This document shows, in pieces, positions 13,948 to 28,823 of a DNA stretch of 64,000 nt. Both the position numbers and the translations under genes were made by a program. The notes below the pieces were generated by a model, which saw only the letters and a program-made list of their open reading frames with translations, had not been told where the DNA came from and searched no databases. Within the stretch, counting starts at the first letter, position 1. Every line of letters begins with the position of its first letter. Source of the DNA: Octopus vulgaris (Eukaryota); assembly GCA_951406725.2 (NCBI GenBank), contig OX597823.1, forward strand, positions 67,022,001-67,086,000, in the 5' to 3' direction.

Positions 13948-14449
13948 TTAGATTCAAATGAATATCGTACTTAAGTTGAGGCACCAGTATTATCCATAAA
14001 TTTCAAAATGAGGTGATTAAAATCAAAATAAGCAACAAGGATATCCAAAGCTAATGCAGTACGATCGTTTCACGCAACTCCATTTAGTTGTTAAAGAATT
14101 TTGCTTGTCACTGTTTTTTATGGGGTCAGTTTTAATTAAAACTGACCCCATAAAAAACAGTGACAAGCAAAAATCTCTAACAAGTCTTTCTGCCTGATAC
14201 CTTAGTAACTTATAAGCAGAAGGGAAGGCAGCATGTTCTTCATATATCTCCTTAACTTCTTGGAGATTTTAGGTAAAATTATACTAATGCGTCCATCTGT
14301 TCTAATTTAATTAAATTCTGTATTATTATGCAGCTGAAGATTACTCTGCATTTAAATTGATGTAATGATTGCTTTGTTCAATTAAATGGAGTTGCGTGAA
14401 ACGATTGTATTGCATTACCTCTGGATATCCTTGTTGCTTATTTTGATTT
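13947..14449 (+). mobile_element. Palindromic non-coding element with hammerhead-like core, following (CA)n(TA)n
   Basis: About 70-bp inverted repeats at 14019-14090 and 14379-14449, and a perfect 74-bp palindrome at 14099-14172. ATGCAG-CTGAAGA...GAAA-CGATTG-TA-TTGCAT lies at 14328-14415. Confidence 0.7.
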
Positions 14450-14668
14450 ATAGTTACATAAATATAGTTACCAGGCGTGCACGACTCACGAATTTCTTCA
14501 TACAAATCACGCACATAATAAAGAGAGCGGAGGAACTAATTTGCAGTCAACATTGTGTACGTAAGTGTGTGTGCGTGTGTGTGTGGAGTGTATATATTGT
14601 ATATTCTAAAACTTCTTTTATATTTATAATTATATATTCATGTGTGTGTGTATGTATTTATTTATATT

Positions 14669-14727
<59 letters not shown>

Positions 14728-14890
14728 ATATACGAAACTGTATATGAGTTTCTACTTATAAGCTAACTTAAATCAAGAAATTAAAAATCATGCACTTACA
14801 CGAGCTTGCACGCGAGAAGCGGAAACAATACGTCAGCAATTACAATTACTTTTAAACACTCGTACACCTAGACACATGAACACAGATAAT

Positions 14891-14981
<91 letters not shown>

Positions 14982-15768
14982 ATCATGCATAGAACGCGTA
15001 TACATGTACTCAGTCACACACACACATACATACGCATAGAAACGGATATGAATACACACTACTGCTTAAGAACCAGGCAAAATGTTGTAAGAAAACATTC
15101 GTTTTCAATAGTTCGCAGTTATATGATGCAAAGCATTTTGAGAAACCAATTAAATGATTAATTATTGATTTAATTAATTAATTCACTGTGTATCAATTAA
15201 TTAAATAATGATAAAAAGTTAACAACAACCTAGCAGAATGATCCTCAGAAACGATTATATAAGGAATGGACACACATACATACACACTTGTGCATGTATT
15301 TACATATATATACATACATATATGTATATATATATATATACATGTATGTCTATGTGTCTGTGTGTGTCTGTGTGTGTGTGTATGTGTGTGAGTGTGCGGG
15401 TGTGTGTGTGTGTACTTGCATGCAGAGTAAGGGACAAACAGACTCGTGGAATGCCAAAGACAAAAGGATACAGACATACAATAAGAAATGCATATGAATG
15501 AGTGCATAGTTGTGTTCTTGCATATATTTGTAGATTGTGTTATTTCTAACCTTAAATAAATGGTAGAAGCAAGTTTCTACTCTGCTACCCAATATTTATT
15601 CCAGTCTACATATAATTTCTTGCCCTTTGATGTTCCACAATAAAATATATAATATATTGATATTGAAAAACCTAACATTAGCCAACCAATATGAGAAAGA
15701 GATGCCTTCTGACTAGTGAATGCATATTTTCAGAATATGTGTGTGTCTGTATGCCTGTGTTGTGTGCT

Positions 15769-15831
<63 letters not shown>

Positions 15832-15858
15832 GGATATTTAAGTTGATAGATATGTGTG

Positions 15859-15897
<39 letters not shown>

Positions 15898-15919
15898 CAC
15901 AGAAACACATCTGTCTCTC

Positions 15920-15951
<32 letters not shown>

Positions 15952-15979
15952 AAGAGGGGCACATTTCTATATATGCACA

Positions 15980-16076
<97 letters not shown>

Positions 16077-16083
16077 CTATATG

Positions 16084-16119
<36 letters not shown>

Positions 16120-16122
16120 TAT

Positions 16123-16200
<78 letters not shown>

Positions 16201-16529
16201 GTACATGTGCGCACGTATGCACACGTGAACGTTTATATGCAGATACATATATGTGTATATATGTACATATGTATGTAAATTTAGTGCATACATACTTTTT
16301 TTAAAGCATTTATGTTCATATGTAGATTCTTGCAATTGTATGCGTATGTGTGTGTACGTGTGTGTAAGTTTGCGCATATGTGCGTGTCGGTGTGCGCATG
16401 TATGTGTATTAGATGGAATTTGACTCACTGAGAAAGATGCCAAATACTTGTTAAAACGATGGAAAATACGAAGATGATCATTGTGATACGTTTACTATAT
16501 GTATCGTCCTTATAGAATGGCCCTTCTCG

Positions 16530-16940
16530 GTTAAATTCAATGCAGAGAATCTGCATCAAATTTTGCCCAAATCTTGGTGATACCTGCTTAGAGGCCTCCG
16601 CGAAGTTTTCAAAAAGTTTTCATCGTTCTCGACACAATCAAGGAGATCTAGTGCAACTGAAACCCGAGTGTCCTTTTGGTCAGCTGAAAGCGGTTTTCGC
16701 ACAACATTGGCAGGCACGCGTCTCATACCCAATTCTTCAGGGATAAGAGACTGAAATGAACCGTGACTAATCTGCACATCCTTTCATAGCTCACGGATGA
16801 TTGATGGTTTCAGGTCTTACAGAATCGTTCGTGAATATTGACACTTTTTAGGCCATCTTGGAAACGTCTCAACCACTCATACGCTTCTGTATGTCTCAAA
16901 CAACTCCTCGACATAAACTTTCTGCAACTTTGCATCCTCT
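16530..16940. pseudogene. Mariner transposase N-terminal relic with internal inversion
   Basis: Plus strand gives QRICIKFCPNLGDTCLEA. Minus strand gives the continuation: YEWLRRFQDG...ISHGSFQSLIPEELGMRRVPANVVRKPLSADQK. Confidence 0.8.
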
Positions 16941-17323
16941 GAGCAGGTGTTGACATGACAACATTCTGTGTCATGGTCAATGCGACGATCACACGCTACA
17001 CATATTCCTTCCTAGCACTGCTCTAAATAGCGAAATGAGAATGGAGTAAGTGAAGCAAGAACATAATTCTAAAATAAGAACAGTAATAAATGAGTGGAGA
17101 AAAAATATATAGTGCGTGTGTTTATTTGGCAAAACAAAAATAAATAAATAATAAAGTGGTCATCTCGAAATACAACATTTCATCACACGATAACATATTT
17201 GGAATATTGCAACACGAATGTGTACGTGTATGTGTGTGTGTGTGTGTGTGTGTTATAGTGTCTGAATTAAGCATATACATATATATATATATGCATGTAT
17301 GTGTGTGAGTCTCTCTCTCTCTC

Positions 17324-17363
<40 letters not shown>

Positions 17364-18810
17364 TAAGAATGTTGGTATGTGAAAGCACGTGGTTGAATAT
17401 ATAGAAAATAGTAAAAAGTGAATAAACTACAGAAGGCTTGTTTTAAAAGGTTAAAAAATATATATTTGAGTCAATATGTCTGAAGAATGTTATAAATTTT
17501 TTTCATACAATGACATAGTTTAAAAGAAATGACCGGTTTCGCGTTCAGCTTTTCAAATTTCTTAAATCGTTATGTTTACGTTGAGCGGGGATTTAGATAA
17601 TAAGTGATTTCTTCCGGTGTAAGGGTGATAATCGCTTAAAATTATTTGCCTTTCTTTTGGATTGAGTTTCTGTGTATAAGTATGTTGGAATGGTTAAGTT
17701 TGGGCGTGTATTTTTACACCAGTAAAAATAATTTGCACATAAACCAATAGGCAGTATACACGCAGAGACCAGAAATTAGACTGTCAGAATGTGAAGACAG
17801 ACCTGTAAAATTTAAAGAACGCATGCATAAACCTAGAAACGCTCCAAAAATGTGCTAAATGTTTTAAAACTGAAATCTATAAACATTACCACAGCTGCTG
17901 TCGTTTTGGAAAAATAAAAAAAAATAAAAACACGAGATGTGGTCATAATGAGACACCTTCTTTTTGTAATATTTTAAGAATGCTCACAAATTCTAAATAT
18001 TTTCTAGATGGTAGAGACGAAATCCTTTACAACAATTGAAACTGGCATTGAACAACTAGGGTTAAGGCAAGAAACGTAAAGATTTCACGATAGCTTTGAG
18101 AAGATAGGACGTGTTAGAAAAAATCAAGATATTTAGAACAGCTTTGCTAAAATATAAAATATAAATATAAGGTGTTAATGATAGCACAAAGGAGATTACT
18201 TTTAGGAGATAAATTTAAATTTACTGGTTCAATTAGCACGAAACAAATATAAAACTATTTTTATCTGAAAATTAAAAGTGAAGATCAGTGTCTCGTTCAC
18301 CGAGCTCCACATTTAAATCAATATAAATACGGCACAAAATATGCACCACACAGGTCAATATATAATTATCGATCACAACCATATGCACAATACCAATTTA
18401 TATCCATTTTGGCGAGAAAGTTTACTCACTTGTTACAAGGGCGATTTGAACTTAGACTATAACGAAAATTTTTATGAATTCCTCTGAATTTCCACCTTAT
18501 ATTAACACATAATATTGATTATAATACAGCCACGAGGTCATACATGGTAGAGGATAGACACAGTCAACTAAATCAAGCCATGTACTTGACCGTTACTTAC
18601 TTAATTTATTAATTCCGGAGTGATAACAGTCAATGTCGACATCTAAGATATTTAAATTTAGAATAGAAGAGACGTGACTAAATACCGCTAGGCATTGTAT
18701 GCAATTCTTCTAATGCACCGAAATTTCATTGTTACATAATAGTGCATCACCATTTTGTATGTGTGTATGTATGTATGTGTGTATGTATCAGTGCTGATAT
18801 TAATATTCAG

Positions 18811-18927
18811 AATATTTCCCATCGAGCAGTTTGGACACCATGATGTCAATCATTATTAAAGAATCGTCCGAATCACACTATTCCCTGCTTAGTGTTACAA
18901 TAACATCCATCGAAAGACGATTGTTAC
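18811..18927 (+). CDS. Candidate internal coding exon (phase 1-1, 117 nt), unknown protein
   Basis: attcag| acceptor and |gtaaga donor. Open frame YFPSSSLDTMMSIIIKESSESHYSLLSVTITSIERRLL joins in frame to 20357. Confidence 0.3.
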
Positions 18928-19304
18928 GTAAGACAGGAAATCTGTAAGATCAAGAATGAAATAGGATAATGGTTGAATGTCTATGTGTGTGTGTGTGTGT
19001 GTACACATAAGGTGGTGCTGAAGCATGCCTGCACTCAAATAACTGAAACAATTACAAGAATAAAAGAATACATATATATATATATAGTACCAGATAACCT
19101 TATGTGTGTTTGTGATTGGTTATATGTGCCCGGCGTGAGTATGCCTTATGTCATATGTTTGAGAATACCTCTATCTGTTTAGGTGTACAAGTGGCAAAAT
19201 TAACATATTTGCCCCTTCTTTTTTACATTGTATGTATATTTTCCATATGATTACGTTAGAGATAAAATATTTCAGTCAATCTGTTGTTCATTATTTAAAC
19301 TCTG

Positions 19305-19703
19305 AGGCGGCGAGCTGGCAGAAACGTTAGCACGCCAGGCGAAATGCGGAGCCGTATTTCGTCTGCCGTTACGTTCTGAGTTCAAATTCCGCCGAGGTCA
19401 ACTTTGCCTTTCATCCTTTCGGGGTCGATAAATTAAGTACCAGTTACGCACTGGGGTCGATGTAATCGACTTCAATCCGTTTGTCTGTCCTTGTTTGTCC
19501 TCTCTGTGTTTAGCCCCTTGTGGGTAGTAAAGAAATAGGTATTTCGTCTGCCGCTACGTTCTGAATTCAAATTCCGCCGAAGTTGACTTTGCCTTGCATC
19601 CTTTAGGGGTCGATAAATTAAGTACCAGTTGCGCACTGCGGTCGATTTAATCGATTGCCCCTCCTCCCCAAAAATGTCGGGCCTTGTGCCTAGAGTACAA
19701 AAG
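19305..19703 (+). mobile_element. Dimeric SINE family A, best-preserved copy, 13-bp TSD
   Basis: GGCGGCGAGCTGGCAGAAACGTTAGC...GAGTTCAAATTCC (A/B boxes); core GCCTTTCATCCTTTCGGGGTCGATAAATTAAGTACCAG occurs twice. ATTATTTAAACTC occurs at 19290-19302 and 19704-19716. Confidence 0.92.
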
Positions 19704-20356
19704 ATTATTTAAACTCCAGAGGTATTTATATATAGTGAGGTAACGGAACGCTTCCTGAATATGTGACTAGACACAAGGTGGAAAAATAGTTTTTCTTATA
19801 TATTTCCACTCAGTCCAACATAATTTTGGGGGCGGGTCGGATTTCATTGATATTCCCCAATGTAACCTTAACACGATAAACAAACACTTCGTCAAGACGG
19901 CAGATATTACATTTTTAAATTACATAAAGTTTCTTGTATTGTATTGATGTTCTATACTGCTTATACCACTAACGAAATTAATGAAGTTTTTAGTGTGACT
20001 CGATTTTTTTTTTATTATAATTTCTTAAGGTCTAAAGAAAAGCACTTGTAAGTTTACGAAAATGCATGAAAAATTCGGAGTGAACCTTTGAACTGTACAA
20101 ATTATTATGGCATATATTTCGGTTAGTATTTCAAGCATTTTTTTTACATATTAATGCTGTCCTGAATGTAATATGTTGTGTCTCAAGAGCCACTGTCTTT
20201 TAACAATGTTGTAATAATGACAAGACAATTAAACCAATCCTTATCAGAGAATATCCTGGATATACGTACACTAATATACGTAATTTGGTTTCTTAGTACA
20301 TTTGAAAGACAGTTGCGATTTTATACTTTGTACCGTGCTTTTGCTAACTTTTTAGG

Positions 20357-20594
20357 TGCCTATGTAGTTGCGAGCAAACATGGATACTCACTGTTCCGTA
20401 TCAGACATTACTTAGAGGAAAACACTCGATGTAACCTCTGGAAGGAGAATGGCTGCTCCAGCACACTGTTGGATCACTTTTCCGATGATAAGAGTGGCGA
20501 ACACTCAAATCACAAGTCTATTCGCCACAATGGAATTATTGATAATTATGTATGGAGATGCATCTGTTTAAGCATACATTTATGGATGCTTTAG
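20357..20594 (+). CDS. Candidate terminal coding exon, unknown protein
   Basis: Branch point and acceptor ttttgCTAACtttttAG. Open frame AYVVASKHGYSLFRIRHYLEENTRC...LSIHLWML*. No homolog recognised. Confidence 0.3.
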
Positions 20595-21354
20595 AATCCG
20601 CCCCAAAAGAATCTATTGAATTTTATGTTTATTCATTAAATGTAAAATCCATCATCAAGATAGAAACGGAAATTTGCATAGCGAATTCTCTTCCAATGTA
20701 AGGGCAAGAGGTACATTTCTACCTACTCAAACACATTAACCCTCATCAATAGTGGCATCAAAATTCTTGGCCATTACATTATGTAGAAGCAATTATTGCA
20801 AAATAACAAAGATTACTTAGCATGTTTCTAAATTGCGAAAGCCGAATTACTAACTGATATAGAACGTTTTACTAACGTGAAGAATGTCTTTCCAAATTCT
20901 ATCATATTAGAAAATCATAATTTTACGAAAGTACTTAGTTATGTTACAAAACAACTTGGCAACTCATGGACTCGTACTTCATGATAAAAGGAATGTGTCC
21001 TATCTAATATTTAAAATATGTTTTACAAGCATTATCGATTTCATTTTTACTCGGATCTATATTTAGGACTGGCAAGAGAATTATGATCTCAAAATGAAAC
21101 GTATGACTCAAGCAACAAAAGGTTCTACTGTATTGTCAGTTTTTAGGATACCAACTATTTCTTTCAGCATTTGTTGCAATTGATTTCTTATAGATACTAG
21201 CATTATGGTTGGAACGATGCCTATGGTATGTGTGGTTTTTCATTGCCATCCTGTCATCCCTAGAGCAACAGTTTTCAAAAATTTCATCAACTAATATATG
21301 GACTCTATGCATTGCCTACGTTATTTTCGTTTAAAATCACTAATTTTAATCAAT

Positions 21355-21542
21355 GTCTACACCAGCTGTCTTCGTCTTTTTTTTGTGATCGCACCAGTTG
21401 ATCCTGTCACTTTCTGTGTTACTTTCTGAAGAAGAGCATAGGCTCGAACGTTAAAGAATTTTTCACTTCCCGAGCGTTAAACTAATACATCTGTTTGTTG
21501 TCTACACCACCTGTCTTCGTCTTACATTTTTTTGTGAATTCT

Positions 21543-21545
<3 letters not shown>
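21355..21545 (+). mobile_element. Small hammerhead-bearing element with partial tandem repeat, ending in CTCCC-(TA)n
   Basis: CTTT-CTGAAGA-A-GAGC-ATAG-GCTC-GAA-CGTT-AAAG at 21422-21456. GTCTACACCA.CTGTCTTCGTCTT is repeated at 21355 and 21500. Confidence 0.7.
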
Positions 21546-21581
<36 letters not shown>

Positions 21582-21590
21582 CAGACCGAC

Positions 21591-21623
<33 letters not shown>

Positions 21624-23468
21624 TGTATATGCATACATATAAATATACATATGTACATATATATACATATTCAGACACACAGGCACACACACACATATAT
21701 ATATGTGTGTGTGAGTCTGTGTATATATATATGTAAGTGTTTGTGTGAGTGTATATATATATCATATGTTTAAGTGTGTATACATGTATATAATATACAT
21801 GTGTATACATGCATATAATAGTAAATCCAAGACCTTTGTTCTTCCCGTGCACAGAATACAATGGCGGTGAGAGAACCGTCAGTCGTTGCATTAACAGCTT
21901 CGCACTACCATAATATCTTCTAGCATTGGTACTAAATTACCGATCATTACTTAACCACCTCTCACTTTCTCTTTCTTTCATCTCTCTGTCTGTCTATAAT
22001 TCTCCCACACATGTGTCTATATTTCACTGGTTCTACGGCTTTGTCTCTTTATCGTTAAGGTTACTATATTAGTTGACCCACAAGCGATACTAGTAATATA
22101 TTCCATAATTCAGAGGAAACGAACAATAAGCAATGCAGAAACCTGTGTGCTTAAAGCGCAGTATTTACTTTGATCCTTACTCATCTGAAGTGTTTCTAAA
22201 TAACCACATTCTCTCACTAAAATCCCATTTCTACTTCACTGAAGATGAGCATTAAATTATTTATTGATTCCTTGTATAAAGAGGCAGAAGCCATTTAGCT
22301 GCTAATGCTGTGCTTTGAGGAATCAACTGAAGTTTTTCATACGATACTATGCTATATCTCTTTTCAGCTTTTTCCTACTTTACTGGCCGATTGAGAAATA
22401 TTTTCTTTTGCCCAAAGAACTACTATTAAAAGCGCATCTATAATCTTCATATCCAATTGAATCACGCGAAAAATCTGACATAACCTTCTTGACAAAGAGT
22501 TTATTTCTCTATGCCTGGAATGTTTCATACACATTCCATTTAAAACAACTCAATGGTTATGATCTTTTCAATAATATAAAAATGGTTAGCAAGGATACGA
22601 GAATAAATGATATAATGAATTTTTTTTCCAATGCGTAATACTGATATTCTGAAGTTTTACAAGTTATTATTTACATCAAATAATACGAATTACTAGTTTA
22701 GTTTCAGCGTATTACATGACAGATGAGAAGCAAAATTAACTCGTGCATGAACTCACCTCACATATGTGTAATAATTGAATATGGTGAAAAAAAAGGCATT
22801 CAAAATATCTTTTAGGAGTGACGAAATAATGGTCTCTCTTCCCCGCGTTTTCTATAAAGGCACTTACTGCATGAGGAAAGAGGAATAAATTACAGTATGC
22901 ATTGTGGTACTTCTCAGAGTTCAATTCTTGCTCTACAGGCCTCACCGTATGGATAACGAGTACAGCTGAACTTTTCATGTTTGTCTCTCTATCTTAATGG
23001 CCTTTTAAATGAGTTTGTAATGTTCATAACTCTTCCAAAGATTACAGTACTGAATCTGCTGAAGAATATGTTTGTGTATAAATGTGAGCGTCAAACATAC
23101 TACTATATGTATCGCTGAGCTGTAATAACCTTATTTTACTAGTATAAAGTTTATTGTATGAGTTGATAGAGAAGTTGAGTATTTTGTCGACCGACAACAC
23201 ATCGCAATAGAAACGATCGAATATAGACAATCGAAAACTTCAGGTAATATATTATATTGTCTGTGTATGAAGACGCGTGGATCAATAAATACATATATGA
23301 TGCACAACCGGCTGATTCATAGAGATAGTAATACTTTGTAACCATATTTTTCTCTTCCCTTTATTTAAATATCATACAGAAGCAAGTACACCTATCTCTC
23401 TCTCTCTCTCACTCCCTCTCTCTCTCTCACTCCTTCTCTCTCTCTCACTCTCACTCTGTATATATTAA

Positions 23469-23501
<33 letters not shown>

Positions 23502-24775
23502 CATACAGAGAGAGAGAGAGAGAACTAGATAATACATGCACGCACTTATGTGTCCGTCTGTCTGTCTATCTGTCTGTGTTTGTGTATGTGTATATATCTA
23601 TGGCTGTAGAAAGTACATACCAAATGACAGAGCACGTACCGCAAACCTATCCGCTACAGGACGGTCGCATTATCTCATACACTGCAGAGTGCTTGGTGGT
23701 CCTTCTCAAAACGAATGGTCCCTGTAAATATACTTATTTCATAGATATTCTGCAGACATTCAGTCTCTACCAAATAAGTTTTTTTTTGTTCTAATATCTA
23801 ACATTGATAAATATTTATTGGAATATATATAGCTTCATTTGTAGCAAAGGATTTTAATCTATACTTCTGTGGAGACTACCAGAATATTGGATATAATATG
23901 TAATAAACACACCTTATACAATTACTTTAATAGTTTCTAAATACTTCAGATCTGGTGTATATTAAATACTCATATGCGTTACAGGTATATTAATAATACA
24001 ACCCATGTGCGCTTATTTATGTGACCAAAGCTAGACTTAATTTAATATCAATGATAATACCTTCTTTGGCTTATATTTGCATGGCAGCAGCCACCAGTGT
24101 TCGTCTGTCTTTCAATGATTTTATTATAAGCATAGTAATAACAATAATAATGCTTCATAAATATGGCAGACTGATATTTGATATTTAAAAGCCGTAGAGT
24201 ATAAACTGTAAATAATATCCACTAGCAAAGGAAGACAATACATGTTGACAATATAAATGACACTCAATACCATATTAGATCCAACACACAACTCCCTTAA
24301 CTCATACCCTACAGGATTAGAATTTGACAATGCATCAATACACGTACTGCTCAACTTTTAAAGTCACTGCTTAACACTATAGTACATCAAAATTCACACT
24401 ACATACGCGTATTATAATCAGTACCCCAGAAAATTGCAGACTCCATATAGAATACTCTCTACACGATAACCACGAGCTCATATTAATGTAAGGGAAAAAA
24501 ATAACAAAAAACAACACAAACATTATACAACAAACAACCAGAATTCTATATTTCAAAAAAGCATGCTATTAATATGTGTCAGCAACATGATGCGCATCAT
24601 TTTGCGTAGTAGTAACCTGAAACTGTTAGAAACATCTTAATAATAATCACAAACTGTAAGATTTCCTCAATTTTAAAAATCTGCATCGCATCAAGGAATC
24701 AATTTAAAAAAAAGGTGCTACTTTAGTGTTGGGTCTACCGCTGTATCCGTAGTCTTCGCTGTAAAAATGACGTGA

Positions 24776-24852
24776 TCAGGTTAGGATTAGGGTTAGGTTT
24801 TAGGACTGGGTTATAATTTAGAGTCAGAGTGTAGAATTAGATTTAGGTTTAG
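24776..24852 (+). repeat. Degenerate TTAGGG-like tract
   Basis: TCAGGTTAGGATTAGGGTTAGGTTTTAGG...TTAGATTTAGGTTTAG. Confidence 0.55.
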
Positions 24853-26911
24853 AACTAGACTACGCGCTTAATTGTAAATGGTCAGGTAGGCCACATGCTA
24901 AAATTGCACCAAATAAAGAAAAATAATGGTTATATTCAGTAAAAATATACCGAAGAAGGTTTATAAATAATAAAAGATTATCTTTTATCTTGATTTTTGT
25001 TTCAGCCATTAAACCGCAGCAATCCTGGGGCATTGCCTTGGAGAATATTCTAGTCGAATGAATTGACCCCCGTACTTTTTTAAGCTTGGTAACCGGTTGC
25101 CAGGTGGTGCTGAAAGATATCCTCAAAGACACACGCACGCACACACACCCATACTGCTGAGACCCCTTCGGCCATGACGACCATGGGATACCACCTAGAA
25201 AGTTACCCTTATATATATATATAAATACATACATAGATATATATATATATATATACATACATACATAGACATATATATGCACATATATACATAATTACAT
25301 ATATATATATATTGAACTAATGTGAACTAACGGCTGTATAAGACCGCACATGGCTTATAACATAATGACTATTGATGAAGAAAATATTCGTGTATTTTAT
25401 TGTATACTTTTTATAGAAATGACAAACATATTTCCTGCCGAACAGATAAGAAGCGAAAAATCCTATGAAATACAAGTTCCCTGCCGATGACGCGGTTGGA
25501 CACTAGAAAACAATTTACCAATGAGAGAGAATCAAACAAAATGGGAAAAAAATTGCAAACTTTTATTCCTGATATTATTGTTGCTTGAGAAGGTGATGTT
25601 CATTGTGGAATACCTATTTGCTGACTGAATTGAAGAGCTTGATGAATTAAGTTTATATATCGCTAACGGGATTTGCACTCCTTAGATTTGGCACGTTAAT
25701 GGTCTAGCCTCAAACATGATTTCGATCTTAGAATTTGTAGCATATTGACACGTATGGCTCTGTATTTTCAAAGATAGGAAAACCAGTAGAAACTATGGAA
25801 AGCATCTTTCAGGATGTCAATGTAATATCAAGCTAACGAAATCTCGGCATAGTGGCTTCACTTCTAGAAATAGCAGCCCACTCTTCCCTATCTCAGAAGA
25901 TTGAGCCATGAAAAATAAAGGACACATTAGTTAATGTAGTCATAGATACACAACGCCTAAAGAAAAAGAAACTGGAGACGAGAGAATCAACCTTGCGAGA
26001 GAATCAACCTTGCAGATAACAAGGTAATATCGAAATTCAAGAAGATCTGAGAAAGAGAATTAATGGATCAGAACATCGATAATACCAATATTGTTGTTAT
26101 CGGTAATATTTCTTCAGTAAACCACGTCGATCTCACCGAAACGGATGCAATGGATGAAGCGGATTAACACATCTGAAGGCTGTTAACAATGCAACAATGC
26201 AGAATACCCTGAACACTGCTGATATTATAATACGTAAGAAAGGGAGAAAAAAGATTCAGACAACTACTGAAAAGATTAAACGTATTAATATTAGGGTAAA
26301 AGTATAATTGTAGACTCGTTTTCAGAAAAGTTGGTATGTTCAGTCAAGATGATAAAGTTGAAAAGAAATAGGAAATTGTTAAAACAAAATATATAGAGGA
26401 AAATATATAGAGAAAAAGCGATCACGTTAGACATACAATGTGCCAGGTATTCAAACGGCACAAATAGAGAGAACAGCTATGGAACACAAAGCTTCACAAG
26501 GATGTAATATTATAACAAAGGTTGTTGGAAGAAAAATTTTAAAAAAACAGAACAGTATGAACTTGATATTGCTAAGTGAACAATATTAGCAAACATATAC
26601 CAAGTTGGCCCTATACAGTGAGAGAATAGGAGGAAATTTCTATTGAAATTCGTTGGAATCCGCTATTGAAGTAGATTGTATGTTTCAAAGTGATTTAGTT
26701 GTATGAGAAGGACAGAGAAAGCAGTTGAGGTTATAATACAGAAATAAAAGACAAGAATATTAGCTCATAGATTTTGCTCTTCCATATGATAAGGGAGTGA
26801 AAGGAAAACAAACAAGAGAATAATCGAAAGTCCTTGATGTGTTCGAAATACTGAGAAACTGTTTTGCGAACAGCCTGTACTAGTATGAAAATGTTATTAT
26901 TAATATTATCA

Positions 26912-27320
26912 AGGCTGCGATCTGGTAGAATCGTTAAAGGCATCTCTTCCGATTCTTTACTTCCCGATTCCAAATTCTGCTGAGATCGAATTGCCTTTCA
27001 GTCTGTTGAAAGTCGCTAATATAAATAACAGCTGAACACTGGAGCCTATAAAAACGGACTGTACCCCTCTAGAAAAATTGCTGGCCTTGGGCCAAAATTT
27101 GAAACCAGTGTTATTATTGATGTGGTCAGCTGACATAATCGTTAAAGCGTGGGACAAATTGCTTAATCACGTTTTTTTAGGCTCGTTATGTTCTGAGAAC
27201 AAATCTCACCGAGGTCAACTTTGCCTTTCCGATAAAATACAATACGAGCCTAGCACTGAAGTCGATGTAATCGGCTATTCTTCACCAATCATCAGCCTGT
27301 GTGCCTATATTAAAAAATTG
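26912..27320 (+). mobile_element. Two tandem degenerate SINE family A copies
   Basis: Two head-core-tail units at about 26912-27108 and 27122-27320. Confidence 0.7.
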
Positions 27321-27330
27321 TAATTGTTAT

Positions 27331-27371
<41 letters not shown>

Positions 27372-27539
27372 AACACTCACACACATCCATAGATATTATG
27401 TGTGTTCTTTATCCATGTCACCACTCGATTAATTGTTTTATATGACGTGAACATACACTTCCAACTGGTAAACCTATGAAAACAGAAAATTTAACCTGTC
27501 GATATTATTATTATTATTATTTTATTGTCTTTGCAATGG

Positions 27540-28484
<945 letters not shown>

Positions 28485-28491
28485 TATTAAT

Positions 28492-28700
28492 GTGGTGAGC
28501 TGGCAGAACCGTTAGCAGGCTGGGTGAAATGCTTAGAGGCATTTTTCCCGTCGCTACGTTATAAGTTCAAATACTGCCGAGGTTGACTGTTTTTCATCCT
28601 TCGGGGGCGATAAAATAAGTACCAGTTGAACATTGAGGTCGATGTAATAAAATCATCCCCACCTACCTCCCAGCTGCTCTTGTGGCAAAAATTTGAAAAA
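28492..28700 (+). mobile_element. SINE family A copy between (TTA)n and (TAA)n
   Basis: GTGAGCTGGCAGAACCGTTAGC...TTTTCATCCTTCGGGGGCGATAAAATAAGTACCAG. Confidence 0.85.
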
Positions 28701-28744
28701 TAATAATTATCAATAATAGTAATAATAATAATAATAATAATAAC

Positions 28745-28822
<78 letters not shown>

Positions 28823-28823
<1 letters not shown>

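Noticed and set aside
17531-17650. Minus-strand GAAACCGGTC hammerhead half
   Set aside because: No matching CTGANGA found at a suitable position; at most a decayed remnant.
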